Shown here piece by piece: positions 40,153 to 49,271 of a DNA stretch of 64,000 bases. The stretch is taken from contig JBEPYN010000001.1 in assembly GCA_041641305.1 (NCBI GenBank), forward strand, positions 512,001-576,000, given 5' to 3'. Made by a program: the position numbers and the translations under genes. Each line of letters opens with the position of its first letter. The first letter of the stretch is position 1. The notes beneath the pieces are model-generated. The model did no database searches. It saw only the letters and a program-made list of their open reading frames with translations, and was not told the DNA's origin. The DNA comes from Nitrososphaerota archaeon (GTDB lineage Archaea; Thermoproteota; Nitrososphaeria_A; Caldarchaeales; Caldarchaeaceae).

Positions 40153-41196
40153 CTATCCACCTATGGTGTGCATAGGCCTCACGTGGGGCACAAGTTTCTT
40201 AGACTTGATAAGTGTCTCGACACCCGCAAACTTTTTCCTAAAACTTTGCCTAATGAAGTCAGCTATCTCCTCATCCGAGGCCCCGCCGCGTAAAAGCTGC
40301 TTCACATCATACTCATCCCTGCTGAAGAGGCAGGGGACGATTTTCCCGTCAGCGGTGAGCCTTATCCGGTCGCAGTCTCCGCAGAAGGGGTTGGTCATGC
40401 TCGTGATTATGGCGACGTTTCCGTCGGCTCCGTCGGCGAACTCGTAGACCGTTGCGGTGCTTCCAGGCTCACGCGGCAGCTCAACAAGCCTATACCGTTT
40501 GTTTATTTTCTCGATGATCTCGGAGCCGGGGACAAGCCGTGAAACATCCCATAGATGCCTTCCATCGAAAGGCATGTATTCTATGAACCTGATGGAGTAT
40601 CCTGACTGGCGGCCAAGCTCCACGAAGTCGAGTATTTCGTCGTCGTTGCATCCACGTGTCACGACACAGTTTATCTTGACGGGATTTAGCCCGGCTTTCT
40701 TCGCCTCCCTAAGCCCATCCAACACCTTCGAGAAAACATCCTTGCGACCAACTATTTCTTCAAACCGCTCAGGCTTTAGACTGTGGAGGCTTACCGTGAC
40801 GCTCTGGAGACCCGCCTCCTTGAGCAGAGCAGCCTTCTCCGCCAAGAAATAGCCGTTGGTGGTCATCGATATTGACTCGACACCCTTTATGCTGCTGATG
40901 AGCCTCACACCTTTCTCCAGATCACGTCTCATCAGTGGTTCGCCGCCGCTCAGCCGAACCTTGGTAACATTCATGCTTGCCAATAATCTGACAACACGCG
41001 CCATCTCCTCATATGTTAGAATCTCTTTGTGAGGTATCCAGACGGGGTGGAGAGGCATGCAGAAATCGCATCGAAAATTGCATCTATCCGTGACAGAAAG
41101 CCGTAGCTTCCTCGCCACCCTCCCGAAACCGTCGACAAGCGGCTCCAATCCAGCAAATAGTAAACCGGCTACGCTATAAAGAGATTTTTGATACAA
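40153..41196 (-). CDS. moaA: GTP 3',8-cyclase (molybdenum cofactor biosynthesis)
   Basis: LRLSVTDRCNFRCDFC, FCGDCDRIRLTADG, C-terminal IGG. Confidence 0.95.
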   Translation of the reverse strand: MYQKSLYSVAGLLFAGLEPLVDGFGRVARKLRLSVTDRCNFRCDFCMPLHPVWIPHKEILTYEEMARVVRLLASMNVTKVRLSGGEPLMRRDLEKGVRLISSIKGVESISMTTNGYFLAEKAALLKEAGLQSVTVSLHSLKPERFEEIVGRKDVFSKVLDGLREAKKAGLNPVKINCVVTRGCNDDEILDFVELGRQSGYSIRFIEYMPFDGRHLWDVSRLVPGSEIIEKINKRYRLVELPREPGSTATVYEFADGADGNVAIITSMTNPFCGDCDRIRLTADGKIVPCLFSRDEYDVKQLLRGGASDEEIADFIRQSFRKKFAGVETLIKSKKLVPHVRPMHTIGG

Positions 41197-41205
41197 GTGG
41201 TTGGC

Positions 41206-42555
41206 TTATTTGACCGCCTGCATCGCATGTCTGTAGATGTGCGCGATTGCGCCGAAGAGCATCACGACTACGCCGAGGTTGAAGAGGGCGAGGTTTTTGA
41301 GACCTTCGAGATAGTTCTGAAACGCTACGAGCGAGAGTATGCCTATGACTGCTAGAAGGCCCATGATTATACGCACAGCCCATGGATATGGGAGCTGGAA
41401 GGTTATTGGCCTTGTTCTGACAGGAGGTTTCTGTGGACGTGCATAGGGTGGGGGCGCGATGAATTTGTAGCTGACTATGAAGGATGCGGCCACGAGGAAA
41501 GCCAGCAGCGGATAAAAGATCAGTGGCTCGATGTAAACGGCGGTGAAGGCGTCAACACGAGGCGTCGTGTAGAAGCCCCACACAGTTGTCACAACTATGA
41601 GAACAATTGATGATATTCCCGCGGCTGTGAAGAAGGGCCTCTCTTTCCAGCTGAGCTTCTTGGAGCGGTCGACGAAGGGAACTATGAGGAAAAAGAGGAT
41701 GAACAACAGGGGGAGGAAAGCTCCCGCAGTAAACCTCTCAAGCCCCGTCCTAAGAAACGCATAGATACTGGTGAGGTACCATTCTGGCACCTCTACGATG
41801 CCCCGCGTCGGGTCATATTTTATTCCGAGGTCGACGGGGTAAAGTCCACCTGCTATCAAGATGGCTCCTATTACGCCTGCGACAACGGGTGGGTCGAAGA
41901 CGAGGTTGCGTGGGAAGTGGACGAGGGCAAGGAGAAGCATGACCATGGGAAGAATGAAGACATGTAATGCGTAGAACCTGATGATGAGGTCGTAGAGGCC
42001 TCCGCCGAGAAGCAGAGGAGCCAGCTGCGCCCCCAAAACAGGCGCAGAGTTCGTGAGACCTACCGCAATGTTGACCGCCAGCATAGCTCTCTGGTTGAGT
42101 ATGAGGTCGTATCCTGTGAAGGCCTCGATAACTGTCACAGTTCCGAGGATTACCCCGGTCACCCATATGACCTCGTTTTTGACTTTGAACCTTCCGCTAA
42201 AGTATTGGTAGAATAGGTGGGCGATGGCGAGAAAAACCATCGCATTTGATGCGTGGTAATGGATGTTTCTTATGAAGAAGCCGAAAGCTATCTCCTCCTG
42301 AATCTGTTTCACACTGTTATAGGCTTGTGTGACGTCGGGCCTGTAGTAGAACATGAGAAGCGCACCCGTTACTCCGAGGAGAAGAAAAACTATCGCGGTT
42401 AACGTGCCGAGGTATCCGAAGGGGCTTACCGCGACACGGGGAATCTGAAACCTGAAAGTGACAATCGGAGTCCGCTCAAGCCGCTCCACAAGCCATTTGA
42501 CAAACTCGTCAAACACACGCCCCAGCGGCCCAGCCTCACTCTTCTGCTGAGACAT
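41206..42555 (-). CDS. petB: Cytochrome b of a bc-type complex
   Basis: Four heme histidines (IHYH..AHLF; LHVF..VHFP) and PEWY; likely start 42555. Confidence 0.9.
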   Translation of the reverse strand: MSQQKSEAGPLGRVFDEFVKWLVERLERTPIVTFRFQIPRVAVSPFGYLGTLTAIVFLLLGVTGALLMFYYRPDVTQAYNSVKQIQEEIAFGFFIRNIHYHASNAMVFLAIAHLFYQYFSGRFKVKNEVIWVTGVILGTVTVIEAFTGYDLILNQRAMLAVNIAVGLTNSAPVLGAQLAPLLLGGGLYDLIIRFYALHVFILPMVMLLLALVHFPRNLVFDPPVVAGVIGAILIAGGLYPVDLGIKYDPTRGIVEVPEWYLTSIYAFLRTGLERFTAGAFLPLLFILFFLIVPFVDRSKKLSWKERPFFTAAGISSIVLIVVTTVWGFYTTPRVDAFTAVYIEPLIFYPLLAFLVAASFIVSYKFIAPPPYARPQKPPVRTRPITFQLPYPWAVRIIMGLLAVIGILSLVAFQNYLEGLKNLALFNLGVVVMLFGAIAHIYRHAMQAVK

Positions 42556-42642
42556 CAAAAGTAAAAATCCGTCTCGATATATAAGAGTAATTCCAAGTAA
42601 CGCTGCGGCCTCAAAGTTAAATAACAAAATCCGCTGCTCAGG

Positions 42643-43581
42643 TTGTTGAGACACGTCATCTCAGCGAAGCAGTTTGACCACGACACTCTTGCTGACATCT
42701 TCTCGACGGCTAAGATTTTGAAGAACAAGTTGTCAGAGAGGAGGGTTGTGAAACTAGCTGTTGACAGGATTTTGATGACGGTTTTTCTGGAGCCAAGCAC
42801 GAGGACGCGGCTGAGCTTTGTCTACGCCATGAAAAGGCTGGCTGGTGACGTGGTCGACTTCGGGCCCGAGGAAGTGACAAGCAGGGCTAAGGGCGAGAGT
42901 TTCGAAGATACCATGCGGATGCTCGATGGCTATGCTCCAGACGTGATTGTCCTCCGTAGCCGCGAAGTCGGAGCCGCTGAGAAAGCCTCGAAAATTGTCA
43001 GGTGCCCAGTTATAAACGCAGGCGATGGTTGGAACGAGCATCCGACACAGGCGCTGCTCGACGTCTACACAATTTGGGAGCAGCTGGGCAAAGTCGATGG
43101 ATTGAGGATAGCTATAATGGGTGACCTGAGATATGGCAGAACACCCAGCAGCCTCTCCTACCTTCTCGCAAAATACCGCGACATCACCTTCTACTATGTT
43201 GCTCCGCCTCAGCTGCAAATCCGCGAAGAAGTGCTAAAGGAAGTTTCACATCACACCGTTCATCAACTCAGCAGACTCGAGGAGATAAGGGATGAGGTTG
43301 ACGTGCTTTATGTAACACGGCTTCAGAAAGAGCGGCTTGGCGACGAAAACCTGTATCAGCAGCTTAGGGGAAGCTACGTCGTCACCGTCGACTTGTTGAA
43401 GAAGCTTAGGAAAATCCCGTTGATCATGCATCCCTTGCCCCGGGTAGATGAGCTCTCAACCGAGGTTGATGCACTTCCTCAGGCGAAATATTTTGTTCAG
43501 GCCGAGAACGGCGTCTACGTCCGCGCCGCCCTTCTCACCAAGCTGCTCAACCTCGACACATCGGTTCTACACAGCGGCTAA
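42643..43581 (+). CDS. pyrB: Aspartate carbamoyltransferase catalytic subunit
   Basis: FLEPSTRTRLSF, NAGDG..HPTQ, MHPLPR. Confidence 0.97.
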   Translation: MLRHVISAKQFDHDTLADIFSTAKILKNKLSERRVVKLAVDRILMTVFLEPSTRTRLSFVYAMKRLAGDVVDFGPEEVTSRAKGESFEDTMRMLDGYAPDVIVLRSREVGAAEKASKIVRCPVINAGDGWNEHPTQALLDVYTIWEQLGKVDGLRIAIMGDLRYGRTPSSLSYLLAKYRDITFYYVAPPQLQIREEVLKEVSHHTVHQLSRLEEIRDEVDVLYVTRLQKERLGDENLYQQLRGSYVVTVDLLKKLRKIPLIMHPLPRVDELSTEVDALPQAKYFVQAENGVYVRAALLTKLLNLDTSVLHSG

Positions 43582-44852
43582 ACCTTCACACTTTTCGAGA
43601 ACAACCATATTCCCTGGGCAGCCGAAACAGTCACAACAGCTGCGGGAAGCAAAGCCAGCAGCGTGAAAGGATCGGTTGATATCCGTATCAGTTGGAGAGC
43701 CGATGTAGCGGCGAAGTCGATGCCAAGAATGAGTAGGAGGCCGGCGAATAATTTTCTTTTGACGCCGCCGTTGATCAACACCGTTGATATTGTTATCATG
43801 TTTACTGCTCCGAGGCCTGTGAATAAGGCGTTGAGGGAGGCTGTGGATGTCGCCGCCGCGAGAGCGAGGAGGACCGCTAGCATGGGGAGCAGCTGGTTTG
43901 GAGCTCTTCCTCCAAACATCTTAACACCGTGGCCTGTTTTGACAGCGTCGCCGACGATGCTGACAGCTGCCGCGAGAGCGATTACTTGAACAACTCTCTG
44001 AATCAGGGCCGCTGAAGCATCCACGTTGGGGAGGCCGGTCAAAGGCGTCAGGAGATTTGCCAAACTTGTGTGGAAGACGACACCATGTATGGCAAGACCG
44101 GCGGCGGCCGAGGCCATGACAGCGTCGCCAAACCTGACACTGTTTCGACTCAGGGATGGGGAAAGGGCTGCGAACGCTGCGGGGATGATTAGCAGGCTCT
44201 CGGGGCCGAGTTCAGTGCGTATGGATGTCTGTGTCCCGGACAGGGGTGAGAGAAAGAGCCCGATGATGATGAAGAGGAGGACTGCGGCTCCCACGGCTGT
44301 GAAGGCCTGAGGATAGGTTGAAGCTGTTTTGACACTTGCAGAAGCCGCTGCCAAGAGAAGAATAGTGAACATGAGTGGAGTTATTTCAGCTGGGAAAAAT
44401 GAAGCGGAAAAGTTTGAAAGGGCGGCCAGCAGCACTAGAGTGGTAGAGGCGGCTACAGCCTGTGCAGTAACCTGGCCCATTCTCGCATAGACGAGGGTAT
44501 GAAAGACGAATGCGACCAAGAAGACTGATAGCATGGGGAATTCGAGCCCGCTTTCATAGATGGTTTTTACGACCAAGGTGAGCAACAAGGTTGTTGAAGC
44601 CAATTGTGGGATGGAGTTTTTTTGGAGGCTGGGCTGGAGACGTTTCAGCCAAGGTGTGAGCAACGCCGTCGCGAGAGCAAGTCCCGCAACTGCTCCGAGG
44701 ATGGAGAAGCTGCTAAAAAAAATGGATACGAAAACAAGATAAACGTAGAGCATTGAGTAGCTTGTTTCCAGAGTCGGCTTAAGGCGGCCAATCAGAAGAA
44801 AACCCGCCGCAGCCGCAGCCAGAATAGCGGCGAAAACAAGCAGCGGCAACAA
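43578..44852 (-). CDS. Polytopic membrane protein (possibly divergent CstA-like transporter)
   Basis: About 12 hydrophobic segments; family call is weak. Confidence 0.5.
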   Translation of the reverse strand: MLPLLVFAAILAAAAAGFLLIGRLKPTLETSYSMLYVYLVFVSIFFSSFSILGAVAGLALATALLTPWLKRLQPSLQKNSIPQLASTTLLLTLVVKTIYESGLEFPMLSVFLVAFVFHTLVYARMGQVTAQAVAASTTLVLLAALSNFSASFFPAEITPLMFTILLLAAASASVKTASTYPQAFTAVGAAVLLFIIIGLFLSPLSGTQTSIRTELGPESLLIIPAAFAALSPSLSRNSVRFGDAVMASAAAGLAIHGVVFHTSLANLLTPLTGLPNVDASAALIQRVVQVIALAAAVSIVGDAVKTGHGVKMFGGRAPNQLLPMLAVLLALAAATSTASLNALFTGLGAVNMITISTVLINGGVKRKLFAGLLLILGIDFAATSALQLIRISTDPFTLLALLPAAVVTVSAAQGIWLFSKSVKV

Positions 44853-44979
44853 CTCACGAAAACATCCAAAACCTCATGTAATAAACCACATGGATACAAT
44901 CAAGGCCTCCAAACCGGGGCCGCGGAATGCTCGTAACACAACCAATCTTTAAAAACACCTGAGCAAAACATCCTATACA

Positions 44980-45055
44980 GGGGCCGTGGTCTAGCTTGGT
45001 CTAAGACTCCAGCCTGGGGCGCTGGCAATCCTGGGTTCAAATCCCAGCGGCCCCA
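44980..45055 (+). tRNA. tRNA-Pro(GGG)
   Basis: GGGGCCG...CCAGC-CTGGGGC-GCTGG...CTGGG-TTCAAAT-CCCAG-CGGCCCCA; TTTAAA box upstream. Confidence 0.95.
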
Positions 45056-45158
45056 CATAATTCAAAAAAGTTTAAATTTGGATAAAATTTACGTTTCTCC
45101 AAATGTGCCGCAATTGTGTTGATGCGGGTATGATTCTCTGTTTTCATAGGTGTGGTCC

Positions 45159-45716
45159 ATGGAGTTAGTTGGTTTCCTAGGTCAGATAGAGCCCCCTCTT
45201 CCGCCGCCTTGGCTTGACCCCGCTGTTTTTCTGTCAAACCTTTTCTGGGTTTTCCTGCGAACGTTCACAACGTTTGTTGTCGTCTTCATTCTCGGCCTTG
45301 TCTCGCTCCGTGTAGTTGATTGGATAACTCCGGGAGTGAGGGAGATTCAGAGGATTAAGGGTCATCCGCTGGCCACCGCGCTCTTCGCCGCCGGATTCTT
45401 TGTCTACCTCTCCTTCGGCTACATCGCCTCGATGGCTTCACCCATACCCGTCGGTCTGGAGACAGGAATAGTTTCAGGCCCAAACCTCAGCCCCCTAGTC
45501 CTAATATCTTACAAACTCGTCACACTCCTCTTAGGCGTCGTCTTATCTTATGTTTTCGCAATAATCTACTACAGGGTTCTCGCGAAGGTTGAGCCGTTCG
45601 GCCTCGACTTGGACGATGTTGACAAGGAGCCTTTGGCTGTCGGCGTCTACCTCTTCGGCTACCTCGTCTTCCTGGGCGCGGTTGTCTACGTCGCGTTGAT
45701 GCTGCCGGCGGCTTGA
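45159..45716 (+). CDS. DUF350-like membrane protein
   Basis: Two internal repeats (DWITPG..LATALFAAG / EPFG..LAVGVYLFG). Confidence 0.55.
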   Translation: MELVGFLGQIEPPLPPPWLDPAVFLSNLFWVFLRTFTTFVVVFILGLVSLRVVDWITPGVREIQRIKGHPLATALFAAGFFVYLSFGYIASMASPIPVGLETGIVSGPNLSPLVLISYKLVTLLLGVVLSYVFAIIYYRVLAKVEPFGLDLDDVDKEPLAVGVYLFGYLVFLGAVVYVALMLPAA

Positions 45717-45719
45717 GCC

Positions 45720-46592
45720 ATGTCTCTTAGGGAAGGGTTTTCAACACTTTTCAAACGTCCACCGCCTATTGTGAAGCCAACCTCCGAAGTATACGCCGCA
45801 GGAGCCATAACCACCAAAACATCGAGGCTAATCATAGCCGGTGTCGCTGTCCTTTTTCTCTCGGGTTTGGCCGCATTTATCGCCCAGGGATTTTTCCAAC
45901 CACTTGCCCTTCTGGCTTATTCCCTGCTTCCGGTTGCGCTCCTGCTAGGATGGGCCATGAGGACAGACAGGTATGAGCCAGAGCCAAAGTCACTTATCCT
46001 GATGGTCATCGGCCTCGGTGGCGCCTTATCGGCTCTCTTCACGGTTGTAACCATTCCGGGCGGACTGCTCGGATACATGGTGAAAGTCTTTCTTGCTGAG
46101 CTGGTGTTTTTCCTAATCTTGGCTGGGCTGGACTCCAACAGAGTGACTGGCAGGGAGTTTAACGATCATTTGGACGGCGCGGTCTATGGCCTGGCTCTTG
46201 GAGCAGGGTTCATAGCCTACTCAAACTACTTAACGATACTGGCTGGTGGATACGCGGCACCGTTGGCGGCCACAGCTTTTGCTTTGGAGAGGCTCTTCAC
46301 CATGGTCTTCCCAGGGCTGACAGGCTGGTGGATAGGATACGTAAAGGCAAAGTATGTTTCCATTAATTTTGCATCACTTTTCGCAGGCTTTGTCCCCGTT
46401 CTGGTTCTTAGGCTTTTTTATGAGGGGTTGTTGACGGCTTTCGCCGGCTTCAGCCTCCCCGTCAGAGCTGTCTTGACGACGGTGGTGGGTGTGTTGTTTG
46501 TAGCTGTTTTGGCGAGGAGGGTTCGCTGGGCTGTTGAGGACGAGAAAATCTGGGGATATGCCGCGGGATTAGCGCCGGTGGAGAAGAAATGA
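45720..46592 (+). CDS. PrsW-family intramembrane protease homolog with degenerate active site
   Basis: DRYEPEP and FNDHLDGAVYG retained; EExxK, EN and H motifs absent. Confidence 0.7.
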   Translation: MSLREGFSTLFKRPPPIVKPTSEVYAAGAITTKTSRLIIAGVAVLFLSGLAAFIAQGFFQPLALLAYSLLPVALLLGWAMRTDRYEPEPKSLILMVIGLGGALSALFTVVTIPGGLLGYMVKVFLAELVFFLILAGLDSNRVTGREFNDHLDGAVYGLALGAGFIAYSNYLTILAGGYAAPLAATAFALERLFTMVFPGLTGWWIGYVKAKYVSINFASLFAGFVPVLVLRLFYEGLLTAFAGFSLPVRAVLTTVVGVLFVAVLARRVRWAVEDEKIWGYAAGLAPVEKK

Positions 46593-47605
46593 GGAAAGTA
46601 AAACCCGTAGCTATTCTCGCTTTGGCGGTTGTTTCGATGATGATTCTTACAACCGCATATGCCCAGGCGCCTCCACCATACATCCAGCCCGGCCTAGTCT
46701 TCGTATACCAGGTTATCAATGTTGAGAAGAACCAGCCTGAAAACGCTTTCCAGCGCTACATAATCGAGTCTGTCACCTCCCAGGCCATAACAATATCCAT
46801 AATGTCTGACATAGCTCAGTCCGGTAGGATTACCGTTAACGCCAACGGCGAGTTCAGGCCAGGCGAGAGAATAGATCTTTGGATTCCGCCGGATGTCACT
46901 GCGGGGACTCGGTTTAAGATGATGGGAGTTGACGCATACGTGGCCCGGAGAGGATATGAGATGCAAGGGTTTAAACTCACAGTTGTGGTTTCCGCCGACC
47001 AGTCAATCTTCTGGACGTTTATAGAAGATGGCCCGTCCCCATACAACCAGCTGAAAGGCCTTCTACTTTACGTATTGTTTACTTCCAGCAAGAAGGCCCT
47101 AGGCCTGGCAAGTGTTGAGCAGGCTGGGTCTGTGACGACGACTTCGACGTATAGCACGACGGTTAGGACGACCACAGCGAGGCCTGTGACCACTTCGAGG
47201 ACCACCATGATGGGAGGATCAACAGTCACAGTCGTGGAGACGGAGACGGTTACAGAAACGGTTGTAGTGACCAGAACGGTTGGCACAGCCTCTACCTACG
47301 TCACGACATCTACCCAAACAGTTAGCTTCCAAGCTGAGAGCCCACCCATCTCGCTGCCCCTAACAATCGCTATCCCAGTTGCAGCCGTCATTGTCGGAGG
47401 TGGCTTGTTCTATGTAAGGTCGAGGAGAAGGCCGCTTCCACCTACTTACCCCTATCCGAGCTATCCTCCTCCCTCACCATCGGGCGGATACTATCCGCAG
47501 CCACAGCCAGCAGTAGCCCATCCCGTCGGAGCCTGCCCAGCCTGCAGATTCCCCATTTACCCGGGTGACGCCTTCTGCAGGAGGTGCGGCTACCGCTTTG
47601 CGTAA
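46589..47605 (+). CDS. Membrane-anchored protein with Thr-rich stalk, Pro/Tyr-rich tail and zinc ribbon
   Basis: Signal peptide, T-rich linker, TM, RRR, P/Y-rich segment, CPAC..FCRRCG. Confidence 0.75.
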   Translation: MRKVKPVAILALAVVSMMILTTAYAQAPPPYIQPGLVFVYQVINVEKNQPENAFQRYIIESVTSQAITISIMSDIAQSGRITVNANGEFRPGERIDLWIPPDVTAGTRFKMMGVDAYVARRGYEMQGFKLTVVVSADQSIFWTFIEDGPSPYNQLKGLLLYVLFTSSKKALGLASVEQAGSVTTTSTYSTTVRTTTARPVTTSRTTMMGGSTVTVVETETVTETVVVTRTVGTASTYVTTSTQTVSFQAESPPISLPLTIAIPVAAVIVGGGLFYVRSRRRPLPPTYPYPSYPPPSPSGGYYPQPQPAVAHPVGACPACRFPIYPGDAFCRRCGYRFA

Positions 47606-49265
47606 AACACTCACCATGACCATTCTCGTCTTCTTTCTTGCCATGCCCTCTATTCCAGTCATTGCAGCTCAGCAAAGCGACGAGGACCCATTTGCTGGAG
47701 CCGAGCTGTGGAAGCAGAGACCTGTTTTAGGTGCTCAGCCTACTCTCGTAGCCATGGTTGAATTTTCCGACCAGAAGTTTAGACATTCACGTGCACAGGT
47801 AGAGGAAATAATAAAAATCGTGGACAACTTTGTCAGGTCCGGCTCATACGGGAGAGCCTGGCTCGAGTACTACATTCATCCAAAGGTGATAACACTTCCC
47901 AAACCACATTCATACTACGGTGCACCTTCACCTGGCGCGCAGAGAGGAGACGACCCCGCCAGACTCATAGAGTATATGAAAACGTCGATCGATATTCTTA
48001 AGACAAGAGAGAAAATAGACATAACAAAATACAAACACGTGATATTGATTCATGCTGGAGAAGATGAGGCGGATGGAACATCTCCCACCAACATCTGGTC
48101 AGTATGTTACATGGGTTTGGATTTTCAAATATTGCTGGAAAAAGGCTATAGATTCGAGGAACTCAAGGAGGTTTATAAGAAAACGCAATGGGCAGTGTAC
48201 GCCGACGCAATAGACTTTTTACTTCATAAAAAACCTGATGGCTCTTGGCATCTGCTCAATGGAGTTGAGACAGTGGCCGCTGAAGCGGGTCCTTTTCTAG
48301 CATCCACTATAGCTCATGAGTTCACACACAGCATGTGGATAAGTGACCATTATGTTTATGGGAAGGATGGATACGGCGTCGGAAACGAGGTTGGTGTATG
48401 GACTAACATGGACTACGGACCTTTCCTCGACCCGCCGGTGGACATAGACGGCTGGAGCAAGTATTTGCTTGGATGGGTTGAGGCGGTTACCGTGGAAAAA
48501 GACGGCGAATACACTATACATACCTTGGACAAGCCTGACGAACCCCACGCGCTGATAATCCCGATAAACGACAAAGAATACTATTTCATACATGCACGCA
48601 GACCCGTGAAGAATGACGCAGCCCTACCATCACCAGGCATCCTCGTCTTTAGAGTAAACAAATACATGTGGGGTAATGTTGTTGGAGAGCCTTTCATGGT
48701 CCAGCTTATGGACGCCAACCAAGGTCCACCAGAATGCGAAGAAAAAAGTAAACAATATTCAGATTCTGAAGGTTACATGACTTTATGCGTCAAGTTTGAC
48801 GCCGCCTACTTCTCCGCACCGGGGATAACAAAATCTTGGACCCTAAAGTATGTCGACGGGTCTTCGGATGGCCCATTCACCATCAATTTAAGTGGTTTCG
48901 AGTTTGTTTCTGAGGAGGGGTTCCGTGTAGCTGTTGTATCTTTTGACCCCGACGCTGGTGTTGCGAGGCTGAGAGTTGGACTTGGTGGAAAAAGTGGCGG
49001 GGAGACCTCTGTTGTAACTGTTACCCGCACAGTCACGGGAACGGTGACAAACACGTTATACACAACATCCTCCGTTGTCGGCACCGAGACAAGAACAGTT
49101 GTCGTCACAGTCACCACCAAACAAACACCCGCCCCCACATACGAGGGATACATCTCGATAGCAATAATCCTCGCGGCCCTCGTGATGATGTTAGGCCTAA
49201 TCGCTTCTAGACGTAGAAGAACACTCCCACCCCCACCACCGCCTCCACCACCCCAAGCGAGGTGA
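47598..49265 (+). CDS. M6 family (immune inhibitor A-like) metalloprotease, paralog 1
   Basis: Signal peptide, IHAGEDEA, AHEFTH, WSKYLLGW, T-rich stalk, TM, poly-Pro tail; likely TTG start 47598. Confidence 0.85.
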   Translation: MRKTLTMTILVFFLAMPSIPVIAAQQSDEDPFAGAELWKQRPVLGAQPTLVAMVEFSDQKFRHSRAQVEEIIKIVDNFVRSGSYGRAWLEYYIHPKVITLPKPHSYYGAPSPGAQRGDDPARLIEYMKTSIDILKTREKIDITKYKHVILIHAGEDEADGTSPTNIWSVCYMGLDFQILLEKGYRFEELKEVYKKTQWAVYADAIDFLLHKKPDGSWHLLNGVETVAAEAGPFLASTIAHEFTHSMWISDHYVYGKDGYGVGNEVGVWTNMDYGPFLDPPVDIDGWSKYLLGWVEAVTVEKDGEYTIHTLDKPDEPHALIIPINDKEYYFIHARRPVKNDAALPSPGILVFRVNKYMWGNVVGEPFMVQLMDANQGPPECEEKSKQYSDSEGYMTLCVKFDAAYFSAPGITKSWTLKYVDGSSDGPFTINLSGFEFVSEEGFRVAVVSFDPDAGVARLRVGLGGKSGGETSVVTVTRTVTGTVTNTLYTTSSVVGTETRTVVVTVTTKQTPAPTYEGYISIAIILAALVMMLGLIASRRRRTLPPPPPPPPPQAR

Positions 49266-49271
49266 CAAAAT

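Noticed and set aside
42555-42654. Apparent duplicated MSQQ start of cytochrome b
   Set aside because: The upstream start overlaps the divergent pyrB start and promoter; likely coincidental.
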